Below, piece by piece: positions 38,782-61,758 of a DNA stretch of 64,000 nt; positions within the stretch are counted from its first letter, which is position 1; every line of letters starts with the position of its first letter. Position numbers and translations under genes: made by a program. Below the pieces are notes generated by a model that did not search any database, was not told where the DNA came from, and saw nothing but the letters and a program-made list of their open reading frames with translations. This DNA is from Ascidiella aspersa (taxonomy: Eukaryota). Where the stretch lies: positions 12,276,001 through 12,340,000 of the forward strand of contig OZ004608.1 in the NCBI GenBank assembly GCA_963924565.1, read 5' to 3'.

Positions 38782-41711
38782 TCATTTCGTTCTTCCCAGT
38801 TGAGCAAGCACGTGAATGTAATCCTGGCGAGCTTCGGCTATCCGTATAGTGAGGTCGCCCAGCTCACTCTGGAACCGCATCTGCGACACATTTCGGTTAT
38901 TTTTAAATTAAAAGCTTTAGCCACCATTTGACTGTTTTCACGCTGAATCTTCATATTGCTCGTTTATGAGTCACATATCTTACAAAAATAGTTTCGCGTC
39001 ATTTTAAACAGTTTTCTTAACAGCCGGTCTGCGATAAATTTTTTTCCAGTTCGTCAAAAACGACTTTATTTGTGCAGCTTGTATCGTGTTTTTACATAAG
39101 TAAAAAAAACAGTGGCTTTGACATTTTTGAAAAGCACTGTACAAAATAGCAGAACGTTTTATTAAAACACCTGGTATGGGTTTTCCAGTAGGCTGCGATG
39201 GTCTATGTGTCGCTACAGGTAGGAAACCCATGATAACAATACATATTGTTTTTAGTGTAGTTGTGATCCACAAACGTGAAGAAAGCAGTAATATTCCTTT
39301 TAAAAATACATACCTTTAACTTTTCGTTCTTAATGTTTTCCCCCTTGATGAGGTTTTCTTTACGCTGCTTTCGCTTCTTTAGCTCAGCCAGTTCTAAAGC
39401 AAGTTGCTCCAAGCGAACTTCCAACCGAGCTATGAAGAATAACAAAATTTGTTTGGAACACTGTAGCAGAATATTTAGCTCCAATGAATGTATATAGAAA
39501 GAGATGAAGTTTAAAATTATATTTACCAATTAAAAATCAAATAAAAAGTTTGCATGCTTGTCCATTTATGAACACTTATAATTATAATCTTAAGTCATAA
39601 CTATTAGGTGTTTGTCAACCTAAAAAAAAAGTAGACACATTTTTTTTGTATCACAAACAAAAGCTATCATAGAGACTGACCCACGAAATGACAACTATAC
39701 ATTTATTTAGATTAGCAAAGGCTTACATCTTTCCTGCTTGTCTGTGATGACGGCAACTGATTTAGGAATTTCACTGGGATCAATATCCTTTAAAAAATGC
39801 ATCAAAATTGTTAAAACTTATAAACTAATATTTAAATTAAGTACAAATGAGAAAGTCAAACCTTTATGTCATCAACCTCGTCAACAATGATCTCATCCTT
39901 TTCATTTTCACTCTCAGAACTTGTAAGATCTTGAAAGATTTTGTGTAACTCATCTTGCTCTGTAAAATGGAATTGTAAACAAGTGTTTATACAGGAATCA
40001 GTTAATTGTCTTACAAGCAAAAAAACATATTAATTAAATTAATAAAAAAATGAGCATGAATACCAGTGACATCGCTGTCACGAGATTGTGAAGCTCCAGC
40101 CTTGGGTTTATCAACTGGTTTGTCTTCTTCATTTATAATCTCATAGTCTTTGAAGTAAGTTAGTCAGACAGTAAAAGAAAGAACATGACAGTAAATGCAA
40201 TTATATACAATAAAATGCTAACAAAAATGCTTGAATGCATTAAATCAACATTAATTTTGATTTAGTAAAATAAGAATTTTTTTTTTTAATATATTTAGTC
40301 CTATTTTCTTTTACAGGTTACATTAATGAGTACAGTGGTGAAGCATACGCAAGTTACAGTCTTTGCAAAATTACCACTAGTAGCGGAGTTGGTCATCTTA
40401 GAAAAAAAACTTTTTTTCAATGATGTGCATTAATTATGTTGGATACATTATGTAATGCAGAAAATAAAAGTTTGCTGACATATTTTTGTATTATACTGTA
40501 GTTATTCAGAATAATGACAAAGGATACGGACACTGACTGCTTCCATATCGGCTTTCAAAAGTCGCTTTACTTCCTTTTCAATGTCAGGAGAGTCAATATA
40601 CTGTCAACATAATATAATAATTATTAGAAAAAAGAACAATCCTGTAAATGAATAGACATTCATATATTTTTTTACAAATATTCTGTTATTAATACTATTT
40701 CCAATTTAACAATTTTTTATGTAACATATACCTTTTTGCGTGCAGTCTTGCGAAAGCGCCGTTTACGGACATTTTTCAAAGGAGGTGTAACTAAAATCAC
40801 GTTTAGTTTAAAAAATCTCTATATGCAAAAAGTTGTGTTGTATTGATCAGTACAATTACCTCCATGTGGCCACAGAAACTTCTTATCTTTGCCACCAATT
40901 GTTTTATCGGGTGTTATGTTTTCGGCGTTGTCTTCAGGTATAGAACATGAGAGAAGCTGTAATATTAAAACACTTTTTATATGCATTAAAATTTTAGTTT
41001 ATTTGAAAAATGTTAAGAAAAGTTTTTTTAGGACTGCCTGTTGAAAAAATATAAATAACAATACGGCATAAGTTGTTTTTTATTTGATAAATTAGGTGAA
41101 CAAATAACCTAAAAATTGGTTATTTATATTTAAATTTATCTTTTCATTTATTATAACATATCTCACCACATATTTATAAATAACTTTATACTTTTTACCT
41201 GTGATATGTCTGATGTTTTATAAAAGTTTTTCATGTCAAGAGTTTTTAGACTTTCAATAATGCTGGGTAAATCCACAAGTTTAGCTGACAACACTTCACC
41301 ATCCAAAGACACCATTCCATGGCGATTGTCAGCTAAAATCAAAAGTTACTTTAGATTTGTTCAACCAAGGATATTACAGACTTGTGTGCAAAATAAATAA
41401 AATGTCATTCATATACTTACCGTGCATTTCTATTGAGAAGCGATCTTTGAGATTTCCAGCTAGCAGTATTTCCTTTAGTTTTTCGGCTTGCTCCTGTGAA
41501 ATTGCAAAGCTCAATTATTTACCAAATTTATAAAAAATTAAAGCATAGCTTACAGTGATTAGTCTTTTGACAAGTGAGATTTACTTATTTAGGTAGTTTT
41601 AGCTGGTCATTCATCAATACAACATACATAAACTAATTATAAGTAACCTACATCGGGCAATCTTAGCAAGAATTGGTTTTCAAGCTCATAAGGTTTATCA
41701 AACACATCCAT
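38782..41711 (-). CDS. TAF7: TFIID subunit TAF7 (TAFII55), 11 coding exons, 317 aa
   Basis: Exons 41711-41652 (MDVFDKPYELENQFLLRLPD), 41493-41421, 41332-41199 (KLVDLPSIIESLKTLDMKNFYKTSDISQ), 40956-40860 (KKFLWPHG), 40790-40732 (TPPLKNVRKRRFRKT), 40600-40528 (YIDSPDIEKEVKRLL), 40147-40064, 39959-39862, 39787-39727, 39429-39314 (coiled coil), 38880-38782 (MRFQSEL...*). Total 954 nt, in frame, with hallmark TAF7 motifs. Confidence 0.93.
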
Positions 41712-42019
41712 GGTTGTGGCGTCGGCAGTGATGAATTACTGACAAAATCACGAGTACTGGTTTATTTGTAAACTTGTTGTTGTTATTCAACTGTATAGTT
41801 TTTGCAAATCAGATACTAAACAAATGGGAATTCCCCTATATGTAACTGAATTAAGTCGTATCCACACCCTAATGTTAATTTTTTTTCAACATAAGCTAAA
41901 AGAATACATAAATATCCAGTTATATTTAAAATAAGAATGAAAACATTTCCACAATGTAAAAACCCTACTCAGACTTTAGTTAGAAATATACAACAGCGAA
42001 AGTAAATAAATTTAATTTA

Positions 42020-42231
42020 CGTTTTGTTTTTAATATTTTTGAGTTGTCCAATGAGCGTATTATGGTGTTGTTCGCTCTAGTTGCGTACACGCAGCAGCAC
42101 GTTGTTCAGGCATTGCACGGCTTTCTCGTAGTATGATTTACAAAATTTAGCGTTATAAGAGTTTTAAGGCGTTTGTGAGGAAGGTGTTACATCTTTACAC
42201 CACCCATCGCCTAATTGGTACAGCATTTAAG
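42020..42231. promoter_or_regulatory. Probable bidirectional promoter for TAF7 (-) and USP36 (+), with candidate non-coding first exons
   Basis: Lies between head-to-head genes and is a CpG-retaining patch within CpG-poor flanks. CCAAT at 42048, GCGTACACGC at 42083. Plus-strand donor AAG|gtttgt after 42231 and minus-strand donor-like gtaaat at 42020. Confidence 0.55.
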
Positions 42232-42659
42232 GTTTGTTAGAATTAATTAGTTTATTGGATCGTCCTAAACAATCTGTATATTCTAACTATTAAACAATAT
42301 GTTTCGCAGCACACAAATTTAGGCTGCGATTAGTTTGAAAGTATATTAGGGAAGTAAAAATTCAAAAGTTTCGTCGTAATCAAATTTCACTCAGTAAGAG
42401 CTTTCATGTTTTAAAATGTGAGCCATCAAATTTTTATTGCCAAAAAAATAGTTTTAAAGTTGTCAAGTTCAATTTTCCAACAGCAAATGAATACGCCAGG
42501 AAGAGGCTATTTGTCTAGGAACTAGGGATGGAACTTTTAAATTTGCACTTACACCATAAACGTTATATAAATGTTAAATTCATTGTTTGGCAACTGGCTA
42601 GAAAATTAATTTGAATAGTAGTTACAAAATTGGGCGCTGGTTTAGAATCCTACCACAAC

Positions 42660-43268
42660 TAGGGTTCCTCTTTTTCCCGGATTTCTTCACTCCCGGAAAT
42701 CGGGATTAAAAAATGAAACTTCCTTTTGCAATCTTGCAAGACCTTCTCGTACTAAAGTCAGGACCTTTATTTGTTTTAATTTAAAAAAAGCGCAGGCAGG
42801 GCACATTTTATTGGTAGAATAATAATTTTCCGCTGGTAAGCGCATATAATGCAACAGGCAATGATGCGCTCCTTCACTTCTGCACATAGAAATTTATACA
42901 AAAAAAACAAAAATACCACATACCATATAACGCACATTATTTGGGTTAGGGTGAGGGTGAGGGTGGGTCAAGTGTTATTATATTTATTATTAATAATACC
43001 ACCTTACCCACCCTCATTCAAATGCTAACGCGCACCCTAACCCAAATATTGTGCGTTATGGTGTGCAGTATTTATAGACCTTGTTTTTGCATAACTTTCT
43101 ACGTGCAAAAGTGAAGGAGTGCCCTATTTTTTTCTTTTTATTTGTCAAAAACGAATTTTAAAGTTTTGCTATGTTGCCGAATACCCGGGATTATAAAAAA
43201 ATTCCCGGGATTCGGGATTGTTATTTTGCGGGAATTTCCCATCGAAACAATCCCGGAGAGGAACCCTA
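42660..43268. mobile_element. hAT-type non-autonomous element
   Basis: TIR TAGGGTTCCTCT...AGAGGAACCCTA, TSD accacaac/aacacaac (7/8), subterminal CCCGG/CGGGA repeats. Confidence 0.8.
42866..43122. mobile_element. Foldback (near-palindromic) MITE nested in the hAT element
   Basis: gcgctccttcacttctgcacatagaaa...taacgcacattatttgggttagggtg pairs with caccctaacccaaatattgtgcgtta...tttctacgtgcaaaagtgaaggagtgc. Confidence 0.8.
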
Positions 43269-44051
43269 AACACAACGCACATTTTTTTGGTTAGGGTACG
43301 GGTTAGTGTTTGGGTTAGGGTGGGTGAGTATTATTATTAAAAAATGAATATAATAATACGAAACCCACACACACTCAATACGCAAACTCGCACCCTAACC
43401 CAAATATTGTGCGCTGATTTAATAATTGTTGTAGGAGTGCTCAATTTTGGGCGTACTACACACATATAATAGTAATATTTGACCCACCCAAACGCTAACT
43501 CTCACCCTAACCCAAATATTGTTAGCAACATAAACCCCCCATTAAAATGTGGTAGGATTCAACACCAGTGCCCAAAATTGTGGTCTATGAAAAATTGCAG
43601 GTATCATGTGGCCACTGAAAGAATGTCAAGTGCTCCAAGTATTTTTACCAACCCAAACTTGCAAAATCAAATATGCTCACATAGACCACTGTGGAAAGTG
43701 TGCCGAGTGCACCGCGAGTTTTTTTCCACCTTGTAAAAGTGCACCCTGAAAAAATTCTGAACTGCACCCGAAATGTGTAAAACGCTTAGCGGCATAAGTT
43801 TACAGTGCAATGTATGCAATACAGAGTGCAAGTGAACCCGGAAATTTAAAAGTGCACCCAAACCTTTGTTGCACCCGGGCACCCGGATTTTTTCGGCCAT
43901 GCATGCTCGAGATCTTGTCAAAATCTTCCATACATTTGATAAACATAAAGCTTACAACTGTTTGGGTTAAAATAGCATCATTAAAAATTATAAAATTTAT
44001 GTTTTTAAATTTGTATTATTTTCTATTTTAACCTCTGTTTCTAATCTAAAT

Positions 44052-44121
44052 TTCCATAACTCTTTTTGGGTACCTGTATTGAACTTCCATAACTCTTTGT
44101 GGGTACCTGTATTGAATTCCA
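44052..44121. repeat. 33-bp tandem duplication
   Basis: ttccataactcttt(t/g)tgggtacctgtattgaa occurs twice in tandem. Confidence 0.85.
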
Positions 44122-44670
44122 CTTATTCACATTCTGGAACTATTTATAATTTAAATAATAAGCTTTACCTTTTAAGACAATACTTTTTTGTTGTCTATGG
44201 TACTATATTGTACCATACTTGAAAAGTTTTATATCTAATTATAAGGAAAAAGGCCAACGATGACGTTGCTCTGTCTGCCTCTTTAAGATTGATGCCAGCA
44301 ACCGACCAGGCGAACATGTTGCATCCGACAATCGTCCACCGGTCAAACTTTGCCATACAATATATTAAATATATATTTCTTTAATTATGACACTAATCCA
44401 AGGTTCACCCTTCCTTATATCAACAATTAGGTTTTTAAAAGGGTTACTTAAACAGATATCACTAATGAAAAACAATTTTTATGCTTTAAACTCATTTGAC
44501 TTATCTTAGGACATTTTTTTAGTTGTATTGGTATTTGCTTCTCTTATGAACAACATGGTAATCCTCAGGAACAGTCACCAAAAATACTAACCCTATTATC
44601 TGTTGTTTGTAGTAAACTGTTAGGTTGAACAACGATAAATGATAACAAAACATAAGCAACTTCATCAGGT

Positions 44671-47094
44671 ATGACTGTGTCACAGCAGATAGCTGCAGAA
44701 GTCTTTAAACCCAAAAGCCAATCAAACTCTGTGCGCAATGGATTCAGCATTGATCAGCAGCTTCGTTCTAACGCAAAAAAAGTATTGCTACAAAAGATCA
44801 AATTTGTGGATGCCAAGAGGCCATACAACATGGACATTAACAAACTGAAGGGCAAATATGTGAACCTCAACCCTACTGCGCATTTAAAGCCTGTTTCTGA
44901 ACAAAACAAAACGAAACCTGTCAACGGTGAAAGCAAAAGTAAAAATGACGGAGTTCCAACACCAAAGTGTGTGCTCTTTGATCCTAAAAAGGTGGAATTA
45001 CATTGGAAGAAAAATGGCAGAGTTGGCTCTGGCTTGGTCAATCTTGGTAACACCTGCTTTCTAAACTCAGCACTTCAATGTCTAAGCTACACACCTCCGC
45101 TTACCAATTACCTCTTGAGTGGAGACCATCGTATGGTTTGTAAAGTCAGTGGACAGTTCTGTATGCTATGTTCATTGCAGCAACATCTTCGTGCTTCATC
45201 TAGTAATGGAGGTCAAGCAATACGTCCTATGTGCATTCTGAAGAATCTACGCCTCATTGCAAAACACTTGCATTTTGGAAGACAAGAAGATGCCCATGAG
45301 TTTATTCGCTACAGCATTGATGCCATGCAAAAGTCTTGCTTGCAAGGTTACTCCAGCAAGTTGGATATTCACACAAAAGCTACAACCCTTGTGTACCAGA
45401 TTTTTGGTGGATATCTACGCAGTCGTGTTCGGTGCTGTCAGTGTAAAGCTGTTTCTGACACCTTTGATCCATTTTTAGACATCAGTTTGGAAATCAGCAA
45501 AAAGAACTGTAATAATATCCCAAATTGCCTCAAACACTTTGTTAAATCTGAACTTTTGCAAGGTGACAATTCCTACAAATGCCACAGGTGCAAAAATTGT
45601 GTCCAAGCAAGCAAAACTTTTACCATTCACAGACCTCCCAATATTTTAACAATTCAACTAAAACGCTTCTCATCTTTCATGGGTAACAAAATAAACTCTG
45701 ATGTCACTTATCCTTCCAAACTAAACCTGGGGCCGTACCTAAGCAGCCCACAGTCTGATGGTCCAATGTATGATCTTTATGCAGTTTTGGTACATTCTGG
45801 GTTCAGTTGCCAATCTGGTCATTATTACGCTTATGCAAAAGCATCAAATGGTCAGTGGTACTGTTTCAATGATTCTTCAGTGTACCAAGTCAGCACCAAT
45901 CAAGCTTTAAACCAGCAAGCTTACTTACTATTCTACCATCGTTTAAAGGGACAATCCATGCACTGCAACACAAATGGAAATTCAAAAGTATTACCAGGAT
46001 TTCAGAGGGAACCTATTCTAAGTGTTCTTTCAAAGGAAATTAGTAGGCAACCAAAAAATTCTGATTCCGCTTCACAGAACAAGAACAAGGAAAAGGTGAT
46101 TCAACAAAATGGATATTCACTTCCTTCCAACTCATTGTCGACACAGGCCAGATCAAGTTTGTCAGAAAAAACAAAACCCTCATACTACAAGCCTGACTAT
46201 TTTAAACCAGTTCAAAAACCAGTGAACAGCATTGATTCTGCTAAATTGGGTGGAAATATGAAACCGAAAATTACCTCTCCTGAAAAGGTAATTCCGACCA
46301 ATCACACTGTTAAAAGAACTGAAAACAAACAAAACAAAGCTTTTGTTAAGGCTGAAGCTACTAACATTCTTAGCTCTGTTAACACTGCTGAAACAATGAC
46401 AACAGATGACTGGTTGCAGACTAAAATTCGTCAACGAAGAGACAGTGAGGAAAGCTCCTCATCAAAAAAATCTGGAACAAAGCAGAGCATTTCTTTTCAA
46501 ATCCGCCCATTTTCGGCCATGCCTAATCATCAAAAACACTGGAAAAAACTTCACTCCAAAGCAAGAAGTGACAGCTCAAAATCAAAACTGATCAGTGATA
46601 ATCACTCTTCTTCTTCTTCAAACGACAGTCGGCGGTCAGACCGCGATCGTGAGATCTATGCAAAGAAGTTAAAACTCTTAGGAAAGCGGAAATCTCCAGA
46701 AAGAGACGGCTGCAATGGAAGTAATTTTCAAGAAAATAGTCATAACACACAGGAAAGTGGCCAAGCGAAAAAGAAGAAACTCGTGTTAACTGAAAATGAC
46801 AAAGCACCCAAGGAACGCACAGGAATACTCTCAAAACTCTTGCAACAATCTTCAAGCAAAGCTTATGGCGGCCTGGTAAAGAGCTGGAGTGGGGAAAAGT
46901 CGGTTGTTGAGGATGATGCCAAGAAGGACTACGCCGAGCAAAAACAGTCACATTTGGACGGCTGGGATCGCGAATTTGACAGGGGAAAAGTGAAAAAGGT
47001 TAAGACCAAAAAGTTTTTTCACCACAACAACAATGGCAACCTTTTTCAAAAGTTTCAACACATAAAGTGGGACAAACGATCAAACTCTTTGTAG
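44671..47094 (+). CDS. USP36: Ubiquitin carboxyl-terminal hydrolase 36-like (USP36/USP42 family), intronless CDS, 807 aa
   Basis: Cys box GLVNLGNTCFLNSALQCL, QEDAHEF, Zn-finger CxxC pairs, His box VHSGFSCQSGHYYAY and WYCFNDS. C-terminal WDREFDRGKVKKVK resembles the USP36 basic nucleolar-targeting tail. Confidence 0.92.
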   Translation: MTVSQQIAAEVFKPKSQSNSVRNGFSIDQQLRSNAKKVLLQKIKFVDAKRPYNMDINKLKGKYVNLNPTAHLKPVSEQNKTKPVNGESKSKNDGVPTPKCVLFDPKKVELHWKKNGRVGSGLVNLGNTCFLNSALQCLSYTPPLTNYLLSGDHRMVCKVSGQFCMLCSLQQHLRASSSNGGQAIRPMCILKNLRLIAKHLHFGRQEDAHEFIRYSIDAMQKSCLQGYSSKLDIHTKATTLVYQIFGGYLRSRVRCCQCKAVSDTFDPFLDISLEISKKNCNNIPNCLKHFVKSELLQGDNSYKCHRCKNCVQASKTFTIHRPPNILTIQLKRFSSFMGNKINSDVTYPSKLNLGPYLSSPQSDGPMYDLYAVLVHSGFSCQSGHYYAYAKASNGQWYCFNDSSVYQVSTNQALNQQAYLLFYHRLKGQSMHCNTNGNSKVLPGFQREPILSVLSKEISRQPKNSDSASQNKNKEKVIQQNGYSLPSNSLSTQARSSLSEKTKPSYYKPDYFKPVQKPVNSIDSAKLGGNMKPKITSPEKVIPTNHTVKRTENKQNKAFVKAEATNILSSVNTAETMTTDDWLQTKIRQRRDSEESSSSKKSGTKQSISFQIRPFSAMPNHQKHWKKLHSKARSDSSKSKLISDNHSSSSSNDSRRSDRDREIYAKKLKLLGKRKSPERDGCNGSNFQENSHNTQESGQAKKKKLVLTENDKAPKERTGILSKLLQQSSSKAYGGLVKSWSGEKSVVEDDAKKDYAEQKQSHLDGWDREFDRGKVKKVKTKKFFHHNNNGNLFQKFQHIKWDKRSNSL

Positions 47095-48810
47095 CTTTAC
47101 TTTTTATAATTATAATGTCGTTTATTTAATTTGTGTGCTTGCAGTTTTATATTGGTTGACACTAAATTGTTTGAATATAAGCATCTAATTGCTTGTTTTT
47201 TTCATTGTCGGAAAATACTGTTTGTTTCTTTTTTAAATGTGTGAAAAATCTGAATACTTGTGTGAAGATGCTACCAGTTCATTAAGCATATTGAACTGCT
47301 TTTCAAATTAAATTGTTAAACGGCATATGAATATATCACTGGAATGAATGTTTGTGTGTAACGTTTAAGAATCGTTTTAAATGGTCTGGCGAGAAATAAC
47401 TTTGTGTGTAAGTGGTTGAAGATTATGTTTACTGCTGTTCACTTTGTTGCTTATTATACAACAAGAGAAAAACTATTGTAAAGCAGCAGATGTGCTCGAT
47501 ATCCATTTAACTGGTATTATATATATACATTGTGTTTGTATATATCATAGTGTTTGTATGCAGGAAAGTTTTTTGCGTTAGCGGATTAATGGTGCTAGTT
47601 TGAAGAAATGTGTATTGTCATGTTATACTGAACTACTATTATTTTTCAAATGTCTGTGTGTAATTATGATATATACTGAATGATATGTGTTTGCATATAA
47701 TATTAAGAACAAGACTAGTAATGATTTTTTTTTTAGTTTTACATCTGTTGTATTGTTTATTTAAAAAGGGTAATATAACTATAAATTTTTCCAAAACATG
47801 CAACAGGCTAGTGAACTATGTTATGGTGTGTGTTGGAATAAATGTTTGGTGAGTTTGTGGCTTGGTGGCTCGATATTTCTTTATTGCTCTTAAATATTCT
47901 TTCTTGCAATTTAAAACCACTCGTTTTTTTGTGCATTAACTCTCTGTCCGGTAGGCTGTATTTCTGTAACTCACTAGAAGATAGAAATCGTACATTTTTG
48001 TGCCAAACTGCTGTACTTTTATTTGGTATTCTATCGAACTACTGTCATCGGATTCTTGTGTGCAGCATTTTCTTTTTAAAGTCATGATTTGGCTTTGTTT
48101 TGTTATACTTATTATTTGTTGAGAGAAAAATTGGCAGGGTGTGTACTACATAACAAAAGAAGACTTAATTATAAAAATTGTGGGATTTCTTTTCATTAAT
48201 GATTTAAATTAACATTTTGTCTTATTCACTAACAACTTTTTTTAGTGTTTTTATGTATATGAGAATGGACTTAAACCGTTAACTACAACTCAAGTTTTGA
48301 GCATATTATCTAATCACATTAATTGCTACATTTGTTTATTTTTTGAACTGCCAACTAGGTATTGTTGTAATACATATATTATTTGTCTGTCATTTAAAGC
48401 TCTGCCCATTCTCTTGTGTAATTTTAGATTTGAATCAGATTTGTTTGTGATAAGATGCTACGAAAGCACCATAAACCTTGCATTTGTCAAGATTATGCCT
48501 ATAGATGTAATCATGTGGGTGTATATTTTGATTTATATTATTCGTAAACTTGATAGTACTTTACGTTGGCAATTTAAATGAATTTAAAGTCAAAGTGCCT
48601 ACAGCTTGATCGCATTTACGTGGCTGCTTCCACTTAGTAACCTGACTTATTTCTGTACGCTAAAATGTGTTTTGTGTTGTGCCATTTGGCAATGAATCTT
48701 GTTCACAACTCTTAAGTAACTGATGTATCTCCTGTTTTAGATCTAACCAACTGTTTTAGACTTAACCAAGAGTCTTGGTAATATAAACAAGTAGAATCTG
48801 CAGCCGAAAC

Positions 48811-61758
<12,948 letters not shown>

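Larger units (their letters stand above)
42624..43581. mobile_element. Outer inverted-repeat (Harbinger-like) MITE(s) containing nested elements
   Basis: ACAAAATTGGGCGCTGGTTTAGAATCCTACCACA (42624-42657) is the near reverse complement of TGTGGTAGGATTCAACACCAGTGCCCAAAATTGT (43548-43581). Internal GGGTTAGGG/CCCTAACCC motifs. Confidence 0.7.

Noticed and set aside
42940-43515. Telomere or interstitial telomeric array
   Set aside because: Only 1-2 TTAGGG units per site, embedded in MITE arms rather than forming a tandem array.
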